A stretch of 32,000 bases of DNA from Candidatus Saccharimonadota bacterium (GCF_000582535.1 NZ_CP006932.1:30001-62000), one strand, 5' to 3'; positions 10,366 to 22,291 are shown, numbered from the stretch's first letter. Made by a program: numbers and translations. Notes: generated by a model not told the origin, from the sequence alone.

Positions 10366-11967
10366 ATGGAAAATAAGAATAAATTAATTTTAAAAGCAAT
10401 TGAAAAATATTATAAAGAAGGTGATTTTAAAAAAATAAATCATCTCGTTTCTGATATTCATCCTAATTTATTTTATGATTATTTTATTAAACATACAAAT
10501 TGAAAAGAAGAAGATTATATTATTTTTTTAGAAAATTTAAAAGCAGAGTATGCTTCAAAATTATTTTCTAATTTTTCAAAAAATTATCAATTGAATTTAA
10601 TTGATGTTCTTTCGGACGATACACTTAAAAAGATTTTTTCAGAATATTATATAGATGAGGCTGTTGATTTATTGGAAGAATATCCCTATGAAAAAACAAG
10701 ATATATCATTAATCTTTTAGAAGAAAAAGAAGCAAAAAAAATTATTGATATTTTTAAATATAAAAAATATCAAATTGGTTTTCATATGGTTGTTGATTTT
10801 GTTGCAATTAAACAAAATCTTACAATTAAAGAAGCAAAAAATGATATTAAAAACAAAGTAAAAAAATCATTAGAAATTATTGGTAATATTTTTGTATTAG
10901 ATGAGGAAGAAAAACTTGTTGGTTACATTACTCCTGATAGTATTATTGTAGAAGCAAATGATAAAAAAGTAAGTGATTTTTTAATGCCAATTGATTTTAT
11001 TTATCCTATTGATAAAATTAATAAAGCAGAAAAAATTCTTGCAAAATTTGATGTTCCTTCTGTTCCTGTTGTTGATCAAGAACAAAAAATTGTTGGAGTA
11101 ATTGAAGCTGAAGATGTAATTGAAATGTATGATGAAATTGATGATGCTTTTTTTGAAGTTCCAAAAGAGAAATATGGATCAAAAGCTTATTTTGATTTAA
11201 AAATAATTGATCTTTTCAAATCAAGAATTGTCTGACTTTTAGTATTACTTTTTATTGGAATTCTCTCGCAAGTTATTGTAATGGAATTTCAGAATATTTG
11301 AGAAGCAAATGGAATTTATGGATCAACAAGCAGTGATGCAACAGCTGTAATTATTAGTCAAATTGTTACACTTGCTTTATTTACAGCTCTATCTGCTTCT
11401 TCTTCTATTAATGATTCGGCTGGAAATAGTGGTTCACAAACTTCTTCTACAATTATAAGATCAATTGCAATTGGTGAAATTGAAGAAAAGGATTTTGGAA
11501 GAGCAATTTGAAAAGAAACAAAAGTGGCTTTTTATCTTGGATTAGCAATGTTAGTTGCTTCTTTTTTTCGAATATTTTTTGTTTGATGAATAGTTGGATC
11601 TTTAAGAGATATTCCATCTGAAGCAACTGAACTTGGATGAAGTGAGGGAAAAGTTTGATCATGATATATAATAATTGCTTTAATTGCTTCAGTTACTTTT
11701 TTTCTTGCAATTTTAATTGGAAATTTAATTGGAGTCTTACTTCCAATAATTGCTTATAAATTTAATTCTGATGGAACTTTAATTTCAGGTCCATTACAAA
11801 CAACAGTTGTTGATATTGTTGTTGTTACCTTATATTTAGGATTAACTACGGCAATTTTTGTTCCGCTTTCACAAAGTGGATATTTTGATGTTGATACTAC
11901 AACAAACGTAGTTTCAAATTTTAGTTCAATCAGCAATTTCGGACAATTTATTAGTTTTCAAATTTAA
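10366..11967 (+). CDS. mgtE: magnesium transporter MgtE
   Basis: An N-terminal MgtE_N-like region is followed by two CBS-like repeats. The TM domain carries AGNSGSQTSS and SGPLQTTVVDIV motifs. Many in-frame TGA codons lie in the membrane part. Confidence 0.85.
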
Positions 11968-12050
11968 AATATTATTATATTAATTATTTTAAAAATAAAT
12001 ATCTAAATTTATTAATATTTTATTTATGATAAATTTAAAAGATTAATAAT

Positions 12051-12059
12051 TGTTATAAT
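12051..12059 (+). promoter_or_regulatory. candidate extended -10 promoter element TGTTATAAT upstream of tRNA-Ser
   Basis: This is an exact TGnTATAAT match 21 nt before the tRNA 5' end. The same 9-mer precedes tRNA-His. Confidence 0.35.
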
Positions 12060-12079
12060 TATTAAGAACATTATTAATT

Positions 12080-12171
12080 GGAGTAGTACTCAAGTTTGGT
12101 TAAGAGGCCTCTCTGCTAAAGAGGTAGTTGGGGAAACCCATTCGCAGGTTCAAATCCTGTCTACTCCACCA
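12080..12171 (+). tRNA. tRNA-Ser (anticodon GCU), CCA encoded
   Basis: The acceptor stem is GGAGTAG/CTACTCC. The anticodon stem is CCTCT/AGAGG with loop CTGCTAA. There is a long variable arm and a T-arm GCAGG-TTCAAAT-CCTGT. Confidence 0.92.
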
Positions 12172-12200
12172 TTTTTTATTATTGTTATATTTTTAAAAAG

Positions 12201-13724
12201 ATGAAGCAGAAAATTAATTATTATAAGTTTTTAACTTATTTTCACTATTTAATCTCATTATTACTTTTAGTTTTGCTAATTGTTTCGTTTATTTTTTGAG
12301 TTTATATTGGGGCAATATTAATTTTAATTTATTATCTTTTTAATTTATATTATTTTATTTTTGATATTTCTTTTAGTGATTTGAATTACCAAGATAAAAG
12401 AATTTGATTTATTATTTTGCTTTTTTTACCCGGAACAGGAAGTTATTTATTTTTAATTTTTAAAAAAAATTCAGATAAAAAATTTATTGAAAAACAAAAT
12501 ATATCGATAATAAAAAATGGTTGATCAGAAAATGATGATTTCTTTTTTAAAAAAGATAATTTAAATTTAGTAAAACAAAAAATATTTAATAGCAAAATTG
12601 AAAATTTTATACTAGAAAAAGATTTATTTTTTATAAATGATAAAAGCAAAGAAATCGATTTTTTTATAAGTGAAATTAAAAAAGCAAAAAAAGAAATTTG
12701 TTTATTTTTATCATCTTTAGATTATGGAATAGTTTGAAAAAAAATTGAAGAGGAATTATTTTTAAAATTAGAGAAAAATGAAAATTTTCAAATTATTTTT
12801 TTACTTGATTATTTTGCAATAAATTCAAATAATAAAAAAATAATAGAGAAATTTAAAAATAAAAAAAATATACATTTTTCAATTTTAAATAAAATTCATT
12901 TTTATAAAAATTTAACTTTTAAAAAATTTCATGGAAATTTAAATTTTGTAATTATTGATCAAAAAATAGTTTATCTAAATTCTCTTTTACTTACAGAAAA
13001 AAATGATCTATTTTCAAAAAATGGATTTATGTTTAATAGTGGTTTTAAATTAAAAAATAATTCAGTAAATTATTTTAATTCCCTTTTTAATTATTTTTTT
13101 AGTTTTAAAAATTTAGAATTAGCAGCTAAAAGAAATCAAGAGTTATTAAAATTAAAAACAACAGAAAATTTTATAAATAATTCTAATAATATTCAATTTT
13201 ATATGAATGGAATTTTTATAAATGATTCTTATTATAAAAGTTTTATTAATTTAATAAATAGTTCCAATACTTCAATTGATTTGATTGTTCCGAATTTATT
13301 TTTGCTAAATGATTTTAAAAATTTATTAATTGATGTACTAAAAAGAAACATAAAATTAAGAATAATTGTTTCAGAAACTGAGAATAAATCTTTAAAGACA
13401 AAATTAAGCCGTTTATATGAACAAGAAATAATTTCACTTGGAGGAGAAATTTTTAAATTAAAAAATTCAGGTATTAATACAATCTTGTTAATAATTGATA
13501 ATAAATTAATCTCTTTTTCAACATCAAATTTTAAATATGATTCAATATTTGATAATCTTAACATCTATTTAATATCAGATTCAAAAGAAATGATTACAAA
13601 AGCCAATTTATTTTTAAATAATTATTTAAAAATTTCATATAAAGAAACATCAAATTATCTTAAATGATCAATATTTAAACAATTTTGATATAAAATTGTT
13701 ATTTTATTTTATCCTTTTTTATAA
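12201..13724 (+). CDS. cls: cardiolipin-synthase-like (PLD superfamily) membrane protein with degenerate HKD motifs
   Basis: 507 aa are joined through several TGA codons. The N-terminus has 2 TM helices plus WFIILLFLPGTGSYLFLIF, which resembles the Cls N-terminal motif. Two PLD-like repeats are present, but the HxKxxxxD positions read FHGNLNFVIID and NTILLIID. Confidence 0.55.
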
Positions 13725-13753
13725 AAAAGTTATTTCAAAATATGAATTTATTA

Positions 13754-13759
13754 TATAAT
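13754..13759 (+). promoter_or_regulatory. candidate -10 box TATAAT upstream of tRNA-Gly
   Basis: The exact consensus hexamer lies 12 nt before the tRNA 5' end. The AT-rich background makes this weak evidence. Confidence 0.25.
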
Positions 13760-13771
13760 TATTTTAGTGGT

Positions 13772-13846
13772 GCGAGTGTAGTATAGCGGCTATTATGTCT
13801 GGCTTCCAACCAGAAGATGAGGGTTCGATTCCCTTCACTCGCTCCA
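13772..13846 (+). tRNA. tRNA-Gly (anticodon UCC), CCA encoded
   Basis: The acceptor stem is GCGAGTG/CACTCGC. The anticodon stem is TCTGG/CCAGA with loop CTTCCAA. The T-arm is GAGGG-TTCGATT-CCCTT. Overall it is close to the canonical bacterial tRNA-Gly(UCC) layout. Confidence 0.9.
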
Positions 13847-13941
13847 TTTTTTTTATTAAAAAAGCAAAATTTTTAATTTATAATTGTTTTTGTAAATAAT
13901 ATAAATAAGTCTTTTAGAAAAGGATTATCTCTTTAATTTAT

Positions 13942-15663
13942 ATGGAAAAATTATTAAAAGGAATAGCAGCATCAGAAGGTATTGCTATTGCAAAAGTCTA
14001 TAAACTAGAAAAAGCAAAATTAAATATAAAAAAAATATTAATTAATGATTTTCAAAAAGAAATAACAAAATTAGAAGAAGCTTTAATAAAAGCGAAAGAA
14101 CAAATAAATAATTTAAAATTAAAGGCATTAAAAAAATTAGGTGAGGAAAAAGCTGCAATTTTTGATGCACATTTAGGAATATTATTAGATCCAGAATTAA
14201 AAGAACAAGTTTTTAATATGATTAAAAATGAAAAAATAAATGCCTCTTATGCATTTTTAATCATATCTAAAAATTTTCAAGAATTATTTGCACAAATGAA
14301 TGATCCTTATATGAAAGAAAGAGCATCTGATATAAAAGATGTTTCTGAACGTGTTCTTTCTATTTTAGAAGGAAAAGAAATCAAAGATTTAAGTTTAATA
14401 AATCAAGAGGTTATAATTTTAGCACACGATTTAACTCCTTCTGAAACTTCACAACTTAATCCAAAATTTGTAAAAGGTTTTGTTACAGAAATAGGAGGGA
14501 AAACTTCACATTCAGCAATTATGGCAAGAACTTTACAAATTCCTGCAATTGTTGGTATTGGTGATGAAATTTTTAAATTTAAAGATCAAAGTCAAATTTT
14601 AATTGATGGAACAGACGGAATATTAATTTGTCATCCTGATCAAAAAACAAAAAAACTTTATCAAACAAAAAAAGAACAAGAATTAATTTTTAAAAAAGAA
14701 GAAAAGACATTTAAAAATAAATCTTCACAATCAAAAGATGGTTGAAAAACAAAAATTGCTGCAAATATTGGATCACCAGATGATTTAGTTAGTTATCATA
14801 ATTTTGGAGCAGAAGGAATTGGATTATTTCGTAGTGAATTCTTATATATGGAATCAGAAAATTGACCAACTGAAGATGAACAATTCAATGCTTATAAAAA
14901 GGTATTACAAGATTTAAAATCTAATCTTACTGTAATTAGAACACTTGATATAGGTGGAGATAAAACTCTAAAATATTATCAATTTCCCAAAGAAATGAAT
15001 CCTTTTTTGGGATACAGAGCAATAAGAGTTCAATTAGATCAAAAGAAATTATTAATTACACAAGCGAGAGCTTTGCTTAGAGCTTCGGCTTATGGAAATT
15101 TAGGAATTAATCTTCCAATGATTGCTACTGTAGATGAATTTTTGGAAGTTAAAGAAGTTTTTAAAAAAGTTGAAAATGATTTGAAAAAAGAAGGTATAAA
15201 AATAGGAAAATATCAATTAGGAATTATGGTGGAGATTCCTTCTACTGTAATTCTTGCAGATAAATTTGCTAAATATTCAGATTTTTTTTCAATTGGAACA
15301 AATGATTTAATTCAATATACTTTTGCTGTTGATCGAATGTCTAAATCTGTTTCATATCTTTATCAACCATTTAATCCTGCAATTTTAAAATCAATCAAAA
15401 CAGTAATTGATAGTTCGCATAAATATAATAAATGAACAGCAATTTGCGGAGAAATGGCAAGTGAAGAAAAATTAGCACCTTTATTTGTTGGAATGGGACT
15501 TGATGAATTTTCAATGTCAGCAACATCTGTTCTTAAAATAAGAAGAATAATTTCAAAAGTTGATAAAAAAGATGCTGAAAAATTAGTAGAAAAAGTTCTT
15601 AATTTAGAAACATCACAACAAGTAGAAAAAATTCTTACTGATTATCTAAATAAAATTTTATAA
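13942..15663 (+). CDS. ptsI: PTS enzyme I (phosphoenolpyruvate-protein phosphotransferase)
   Basis: Three same-frame fragments are joined via TGA, giving 573 aa. The active-site His region is [14 protein letters not shown]. Also present are [10 protein letters not shown] and IGTNDLIQY. Confidence 0.95.
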
Positions 15664-15735
15664 TAATCAAGAAATTATATAAAGATTATATATAATTTAA
15701 TGTGTATTACATTATTTTTGTAATGGAGGAAGAAT

Positions 15736-16245
15736 ATGTTTTTTTGAAAAAAGAAACAACTTAATGAAAATGAATTAGAAATTCTTTCACCCTGTGAAGG
15801 AAAAGTAAAAGATCTTGCAAAAGTAGATGATGCAGTTTTTGCTGAAAAAATGACAGGTGATGGAATTGCTATTATTCCTAAAAATGGAAAAATTTTAGCT
15901 CCTTTTAAAGGAAAAATGCAAGTTGTATTTGAAACTGGTCATGCTTATGGAATTAAAAGTGATTTAGGACCAGAAGCATTAGTTCATATTGGGATTGATA
16001 CTGTTGCTTTAAATGGACAAGGTTTTACTAAGAAAGTATCACAAGGAAAATCAGTAAAAGCATTAGCTGAAATAGCTGAAGTAGATCTTAAAGTCATAAA
16101 TGAACTTTCTAAAGGATCAGATGTTATTGTAATTTTAACAGATGATTCATTAGAAGGAAAATGAAAATTAGAAATGGTTGTAAAACCAGGTGATGAAGTA
16201 AAAGCAGGAGATTTGTTATTCAAAGCAATTAAAAAAGAACAATAG
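15736..16245 (+). CDS. crr: PTS glucose-family EIIA component
   Basis: ATG 15736 is preceded by a GGAGGA RBS. Motifs are DAVFAEKMTGDGIAI and GHAYGI....EALVHIGIDTV. The ORF is extended through TGA to TAG 16243-16245. Confidence 0.9.
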
Positions 16246-16258
16246 GAAATTTACACAT

Positions 16259-16519
16259 ATGGAAATAAAAATTAAAATAATAGATCCTATCGGATTACAT
16301 GCTCGTCCTGCATCAATTGTTGTTCAACAAGCAAGTAAATTTAAATCAAATATTAAATTAATTGCAAACGGAAAAGAAGCAAATTTAAAGTCTATTATGT
16401 CTATTATGGCATTAGGTGTTAAAACTAATACAGAAATTACAATCATTGCTGATGGTAACGATGCAAAAGAAGCATTAGAAAAAATTAAAAAAACAATGCA
16501 AGAAAATAAATTAATTTAA
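16259..16519 (+). CDS. ptsH: phosphocarrier protein HPr
   Basis: 86 aa with GLHARPAS (His15 site) and LKSIMSIMALGV (Ser46 region). Confidence 0.95.
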   Translation: MEIKIKIIDPIGLHARPASIVVQQASKFKSNIKLIANGKEANLKSIMSIMALGVKTNTEITIIADGNDAKEALEKIKKTMQENKLI

Positions 16520-16532
16520 ATAATTTATAAAA

Positions 16533-16557
16533 ATAGAGGATCAAATCCTCTATTTTT
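16533..16557 (+). terminator. rho-independent terminator after ptsH
   Basis: ATAGAGGA-TCAAA-TCCTCTAT forms a perfect 8-bp stem followed by a T-run. Confidence 0.75.
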
Positions 16558-16639
16558 ATTTAAATAATGTTATGATATTAAAGTAATAAATTTGTTAATA
16601 TAAACACTATTATGGTTGAAGAAAAGAAAGGAACTAAAA

Positions 16640-17062
16640 ATGCCTACTATAAATCAATTAGTTCGTAAAGGAAGAGATAATAAAGTTAAGAAAACAAAAA
16701 CTCCTGCCTTGCAAATAAGAAAAAACACTTTAAAAAATAAAGAAGTAAAAAAATCATCACCACAAATGAGAGGGGTTGCAATTCGTGTTGCAACAATGAC
16801 TCCAAAAAAACCTAATTCAGCATTGAGAAAATATGCAAGAGTTCGTCTTTCCAATGGCGAGGAAGTAAATGTTTATATTCCTGGGGAAAAACATAATTTA
16901 CAAGAACACTCAGTAGTTTTAATTAAAGGTGGAAAAGTAAAAGATTTACCTGGAATTAGATATCGTGTAATTAGAGGAACTTTAGATACTTCTGGTGTTG
17001 AAAATCGAAAACAAAGTCGCTCACTTTATGGAGCAAAAAAACCAAAAGATAATAAAAAATAA
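16640..17062 (+). CDS. rpsL: 30S ribosomal protein S12
   Basis: The canonical N-terminus [12 protein letters not shown] starts at ATG 16640. The track's upstream start at 16616 adds a non-canonical MKKRKELK. Confidence 0.93.
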   Translation: MPTINQLVRKGRDNKVKKTKTPALQIRKNTLKNKEVKKSSPQMRGVAIRVATMTPKKPNSALRKYARVRLSNGEEVNVYIPGEKHNLQEHSVVLIKGGKVKDLPGIRYRVIRGTLDTSGVENRKQSRSLYGAKKPKDNKK

Positions 17063-17073
17063 GGAGAGAATTT

Positions 17074-17544
<471 letters not shown>

Positions 17545-17586
17545 TAAATTGATTTTTTAAGTTTAAATAAGAGGAGAAATATTTAT

Positions 17587-19674
17587 ATGGTAAAGCGAAA
17601 AGAACCAATTGAAAAATTTAGAAATATTGGAATAATGGCTCATATTGATGCTGGAAAAACAACAACAACTGAGCGAGTTTTATTTCATTCGGGTAAAGTT
17701 CATAAAATTGGCGAAACTCATGATGGACAATCGCAAATGGATTGAATGGAGCAAGAAAAAGAACGTGGAATAACAATTACTTCTGCTGCTACTACAGCTT
17801 CATGAAAAGGATATCGTATTAACATTATTGATACACCTGGACACGTTGATTTTACAGTAGAAGTAGAAAGATCTCTTCGTGTTCTTGATGGTGCTGTTGC
17901 TGTTCTTGATGGACAAGCAGGAGTTGAACCACAAACAGAAACAGTTTGACGACAAGCAACAAATTATTTAGTTCCAAGAATTGTTTTTGTAAATAAAATG
18001 GATAAAATAGGTGCTGATTTTTTTTATTCTGTAGAAAGTTTAAGAAAAAAATTAGGAGCAAAAGTAGCTGCAATTCATGTTCCAATTGGAAAAGAAGATA
18101 CTTTTGAAGGATTTGTTGATGTAATTGAAAAAAAAGGATATCTTTTTGATCATAAACCGGAAGAGTTATTCAAGGAAATTGAAATTCCTGAAAATTTAAA
18201 ATTAGATGTAGAAAAAACATATAATAGACTATTAGAAGAAATTTCTGAATTTGATGATAATCTTATGCTTAAGTTTTTAGATGGAAAAGAAATTACAAAA
18301 GAAGAAATTTATAAAACAATTCGTAAAGGTGTAATATCTGCAAAATTTCATCCTGTATTATCAGGTAGTGCTTATAAAAATGTTGGAGTAAAACATTTAT
18401 TAGATGCAGTAATTAAATTTCTTCCCTCTCCTATTGATATTCCTTCAATTAAAGGGCATGATTTAAATGATCAAAAAATCGAAAGAAAAGCAGATGATAA
18501 TGAACCTTTTTCAGCATTGGCTTTTAAAATAATGACAGATCCCTTTGTAGGAAAATTAACATTTTTCCGTGTTTATTCAGGAACTTTAAAAGCAGGTAGT
18601 TATATTGTAAATACAACTAAAGGTAAAAAAGAAAGAGTTGGAAGAATTTTGCAAATGCATGCAAATCACCGATCAGAAGTAGAAGGTGTTGTTGCGGGGG
18701 AGATCGCAGCTGCTGTTGGTCTTAAATCAACAACAACAGGAGACACATTATCAGATGAAAAAAATCAAGTTATCCTCGAAAAAATGATTTTTCCTGAACC
18801 AGTTATTTCTCTTGCTGTTGAACCAAAAACAAAAGCAGATCAAGATAAATTAGGATTATCACTTGGAAAATTAGCAGAAGAAGACCCAACTTTTCATACA
18901 AGAATGAATCATGAAACAGGACAGACAATTATTTCAGGAATGGGTGAATTACATTTAGAAATAATTGTTGATAGATTGAGAAGAGAATTTAAAGTAGGCG
19001 TAGATGTAGGTAATCCTGAAGTTTCTTATCGAGAAACTTTAACAAAAAAATCAACAATTGAATCAAAATACATCAAGCAATCTGGGGGACGTGGACAATA
19101 TGGCCATGTTGTTATTGATTTTGAAAGTAATAAAGATAAAGGTTTTGAGTTTGTTGATAAGATTGTTGGAGGAAGAATTCCTAGAGAATATATTTCTTCA
19201 ATTAAATCAGGTCTAGAAGAAGCAATGGCTGGAGGAATTCTTGCTGGATATCCAATGATTGATGTAAAAGCAACACTTCATGATGGATCTTATCATGATG
19301 TTGATTCTTCTGAAATAGCTTATAAAATTGCTGCATCTAAAGCTCTTAAAAAAGCAAGATCATTATCAAATGCTATTTTATTAGAACCAATTATGGATGT
19401 TGAGGTTACAACACCAACAGATTATTTTGGTGACATAATGGGTGATATTTCTGGAAGAAGAGGGCTTATTAATGGGCAAGAAGAGAGAGGGAATGCTCAA
19501 GTAATAAAAGCAAATGTTCCTCTTTCAGAAATGTTTGGTTATTCAACAAAATTACGCTCAATGTCTCAAGGTAGAGCTGTATATACAATGCATTTTTCTC
19601 ATTATTCTACAACTCCAAGAAATATTGCAGAAAAAATTATTAAAGATCGTGGATTTGATAATATTGAAGAATAA
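17587..19674 (+). CDS. fusA: elongation factor G
   Basis: ATG 17587 follows a GAGGAG RBS. Motifs are [26 protein letters not shown] and NKMDK. The 5' part contains conserved Trp positions encoded by TGA (QMDWMEQE, TVWRQA). Confidence 0.96.
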
Positions 19675-19701
19675 TTTACTTTAATAATAAAGGTATTTAT
19701 T

Positions 19702-20616
19702 ATGAAATATAATAATAAACAAAAAATTACCAAAGCTGTAATTCCTGTTGCGGGACTAGGAACTAGATTTCTTCCTTTTACAAAAACAATTCCAAAGGAA
19801 ATGTTACCAATTTTAAATATTCCATCAATTGAATATATTGTAAAAGATGCGGTGAATGCTGGAATTAAAGATATTATTTTTGTAACTTCTGCAAGAAAAA
19901 AAGCACTTGCAGATTATACTGATTCTTATCTTTGATTAGAAGATGAATTACGAAAAAAAAATAAAATTGAGGAGTTGAAATTAATTCAATTCCTTCCAAA
20001 AATTGCAAATTATATTTTTGTAAGACAGTCAAAACAATTGGGATTAGGAGATGCTGTATTAAAAGCAAAATATGCAATTGGTAATGAACCCTTTGCTCTA
20101 CTTTTGGGAGACGATATTTTACTTAATAATTTTAAAAATATTACAAATGATTCAATTTTAAAAAATTTAATAAATTCTTATCAAAAATATCAATCAATAA
20201 TTGTTCTTTTAAAAAAAATTGAAGGAAAAGAAATTGAAAAATACGGAGTTGTAGGAATAGAAAAAAAAATTGATCAAAAAAATTTCCTTTTAAATTCACT
20301 TATTGAAAAACCAACATTTAAAAAAGCTCCTTCAGATCTTGCAATTATGGGTCGATATATTTTAGAACCTAAAATATTTGATTATCTTGAAAAAGAGCAA
20401 ATAGATCCAAATACAGGCGAAATTCAATTAACTAATGCAATAAGTAAATATCTTCTAGATAAAAATAATGTTTATGGAGTATTATTTGAGGGTAAAAGAT
20501 ATGATATGGGAAATCTTTTGGGTTTCTTAGAAGCAAATATTGATTTTGCTCTTAATGATAAAAAATATCGTAAAGTATTTGCTGAACTTTTAAAAGAAAA
20601 AATTAAAAATATTTAA
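19702..20616 (+). CDS. galU: UTP-glucose-1-phosphate uridylyltransferase
   Basis: [27 protein letters not shown] and [13 protein letters not shown]...LLGDDI. Two fragments are joined at TGA 19933-19935. Confidence 0.9.
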
Positions 20617-20627
20617 TAATTATAATC

Positions 20628-21494
20628 ATGAAACAAATTACTTTTGAAGAATTTCAAAAATTAAATCAAGAAGGATTTATTAAGATAAATAAAGCAATAA
20701 TTTCCTTAGGAATAAAATGATGAGCTCATTCAGGTACCTTGATTGGTGTAGTTCGCGAGAATGGATTTTTATCATGAGACGATGATATTGATATGGGAAT
20801 GGCAATTGATGATTATTTAAAATATCTCGAAGATTTAAATAAAATTGCAGAAGAAAATAATTATTATTTTGCTGATCGTTTTAAAAATATAGGAATGACA
20901 GTCTCTAGATTTATTTATAAGGAAAAATTTATTATTTCTTATGAGGGAAAAAAATATGTTTCTTCTCCTTTTATAGATATAATGATTGCAATACCTTTTA
21001 AAAAAGAAAATAAATTAAAATTTAAAATTTGAGAATGACAAAATAAATATTTTTTTCTATTTAGTAGTCTTCCTCCTGTTCTTCCAAAAATTGATACAAG
21101 ATATGGTAGAGTACGCAAATTACATTGATATCATCAACTTGGCTCAGTAGTTGGACAAATATTACTTTTCTGAACAATTCCTTTATTTTATTTACAAAAT
21201 TATTGATTAAAAAAGAAAGCAAAAAATAAAAAAAAATATAAAAATTTAATTCTTTTTCATTCTTATACTTCAAGATTTTTTATATATAGAAAAGATCAAT
21301 TAATTGAAAGAAAAATTTTAAATGGAAAAACAAAAATTTATATTTCAAAATTCTATATTAAAGAATTAAATGCTTCTTTTGGAAAAAATTGAACAAAAAA
21401 ACCACCAATTGAAAAACAGATTCCTCATCACATAATTTATAATCCTTATAATCCTAAAAAGGAACCAAAAATTTATCCACATATTGTAAAATAA
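20628..21494 (+). CDS. licD: LicD-family phosphotransferase, copy 1
   Basis: WWAHSGTLIGVVRENGFLSWDDDIDMGM is the LicD/NTase-fold signature. 288 aa are read through 7 in-frame TGA codons and checked codon by codon. It is a paralog of 27578-28435. Confidence 0.8.
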
Positions 21495-21878
21495 TTAATT
21501 TTCTTTTTCAATATTATTAAAAGATTTTAAATCTTTTTCTCTTTTTAATTCTTTTTTAAAAATAAGGGGAATAGACATTATTGAAAGAAAAGATCCTATT
21601 GCATTACCTAAAGCTCCAATACAGGTAATTAAAAGGGCTTCGCTGATATCAATATCAGTAGTTCCTTCTGGTGTTGATCAATAGATAGCAATTCAAGCGA
21701 TTAATGGAACAGTAATTGATGAAATAAAAGTAGCATATACTCCATAGATTGCAGCACTTACATATCTATTTCTTTTTATTTTGAATATTTTTATATTAAA
21801 AGCCAATGATATTGTGTATTGAGCAATTAAAATTATCAAAAAGAAAACAAATAAAAATCATCCTGTATTAATGTTCAT
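21495..21878 (-). CDS. small 3-TM membrane protein, downstream member of an overlapping pair
   Basis: 127 aa reading MNINTGWFLFVFFLIILIAQYTISLAF..KIKRNRYVSAAIYGVYATFI..CIGALGNAIGSFLS. The minus strand was translated codon by codon with TGA=Trp, and no TAA or TAG was found. The K/R-rich loop and tail fit an N-out, C-in topology. Confidence 0.6.
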
Positions 21879-22227
21879 TATTTTTTTCCTTTTGTTCTTT
21901 TGCTTTTATTTTTTTATCATGACCAACTTTTTTAGATACATAAGGAACTAAAATTGCAGCAAAGAAATTACCAATCGCTGTTGCAAATGCAGCTATTAAA
22001 ATAATTCATCAAGGAGCTTGCTCTCCATCTGTTAATGCAACAACTATTAGCGGTGTAATTGCCATCGTTAATATAAATAAAAAAGATGCTACAGCTCCCA
22101 TTAATGCTGCTGTAAAAAATTGGTCTTTTGATATCATATATATTCGATAATTAAAAAAAAATCCTACTATTAATTCTACAAAAGGATATACAAATAATAT
22201 TATTAGTGCTACTTCTCAATTTTCCAT
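21868..22227 (-). CDS. small 3-TM membrane protein, upstream member of an overlapping pair and paralog of the downstream one
   Basis: 119 aa reading MENWEVALIILFVYPFVELIVGFFFNYRIYMISKDQFFTAALMGAVASF...AAFATAIGNFFAAILVP. Its stop overlaps the next gene's ATG by 11 nt (ATGAACATTAA). Confidence 0.6.
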
Positions 22228-22238
22228 TTTCTTTTTAA

Positions 22239-22273
22239 ATTTAATTAAGTATACTCTTTATATTTAATTAAGT
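22239..22273. repeat. 12-bp direct repeat ATTTAATTAAGT x2 (22239-22250 and 22262-22273) in a divergent intergenic region
   Basis: Read directly from the sequence. Each copy contains the palindrome TTAATTAA, and start-to-start spacing is 23 bp. Confidence 0.6.
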
Positions 22274-22285
22274 TATCTTAAAGTG

Positions 22286-22291
22286 TATAAT
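22286..22291 (+). promoter_or_regulatory. candidate -10 box TATAAT for the hydrolase/glycosyltransferase operon
   Basis: The consensus hexamer lies 27 nt upstream of ATG 22319. Confidence 0.3.

Noticed and set aside
13819-13842. The shared 24-nt tRNA 3' half (tRNA-Gly and tRNA-His) as att-like direct repeats bounding an integrated island.
   Set aside because: The intervening 15 kb contains ptsI-crr-ptsH, rpsL-rpsG-fusA and other core genes. No integrase or recombinase is present, and both copies are parts of complete, functional-looking tRNAs.
16616-16639. Upstream start for rpsL (MKKRKELK- prefix).
   Set aside because: S12 universally begins MPTINQL..., and ATG 16640 is preceded by a purine-rich RBS-like stretch (GAAAGGAA). 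The longer form is an ORF-caller artefact.
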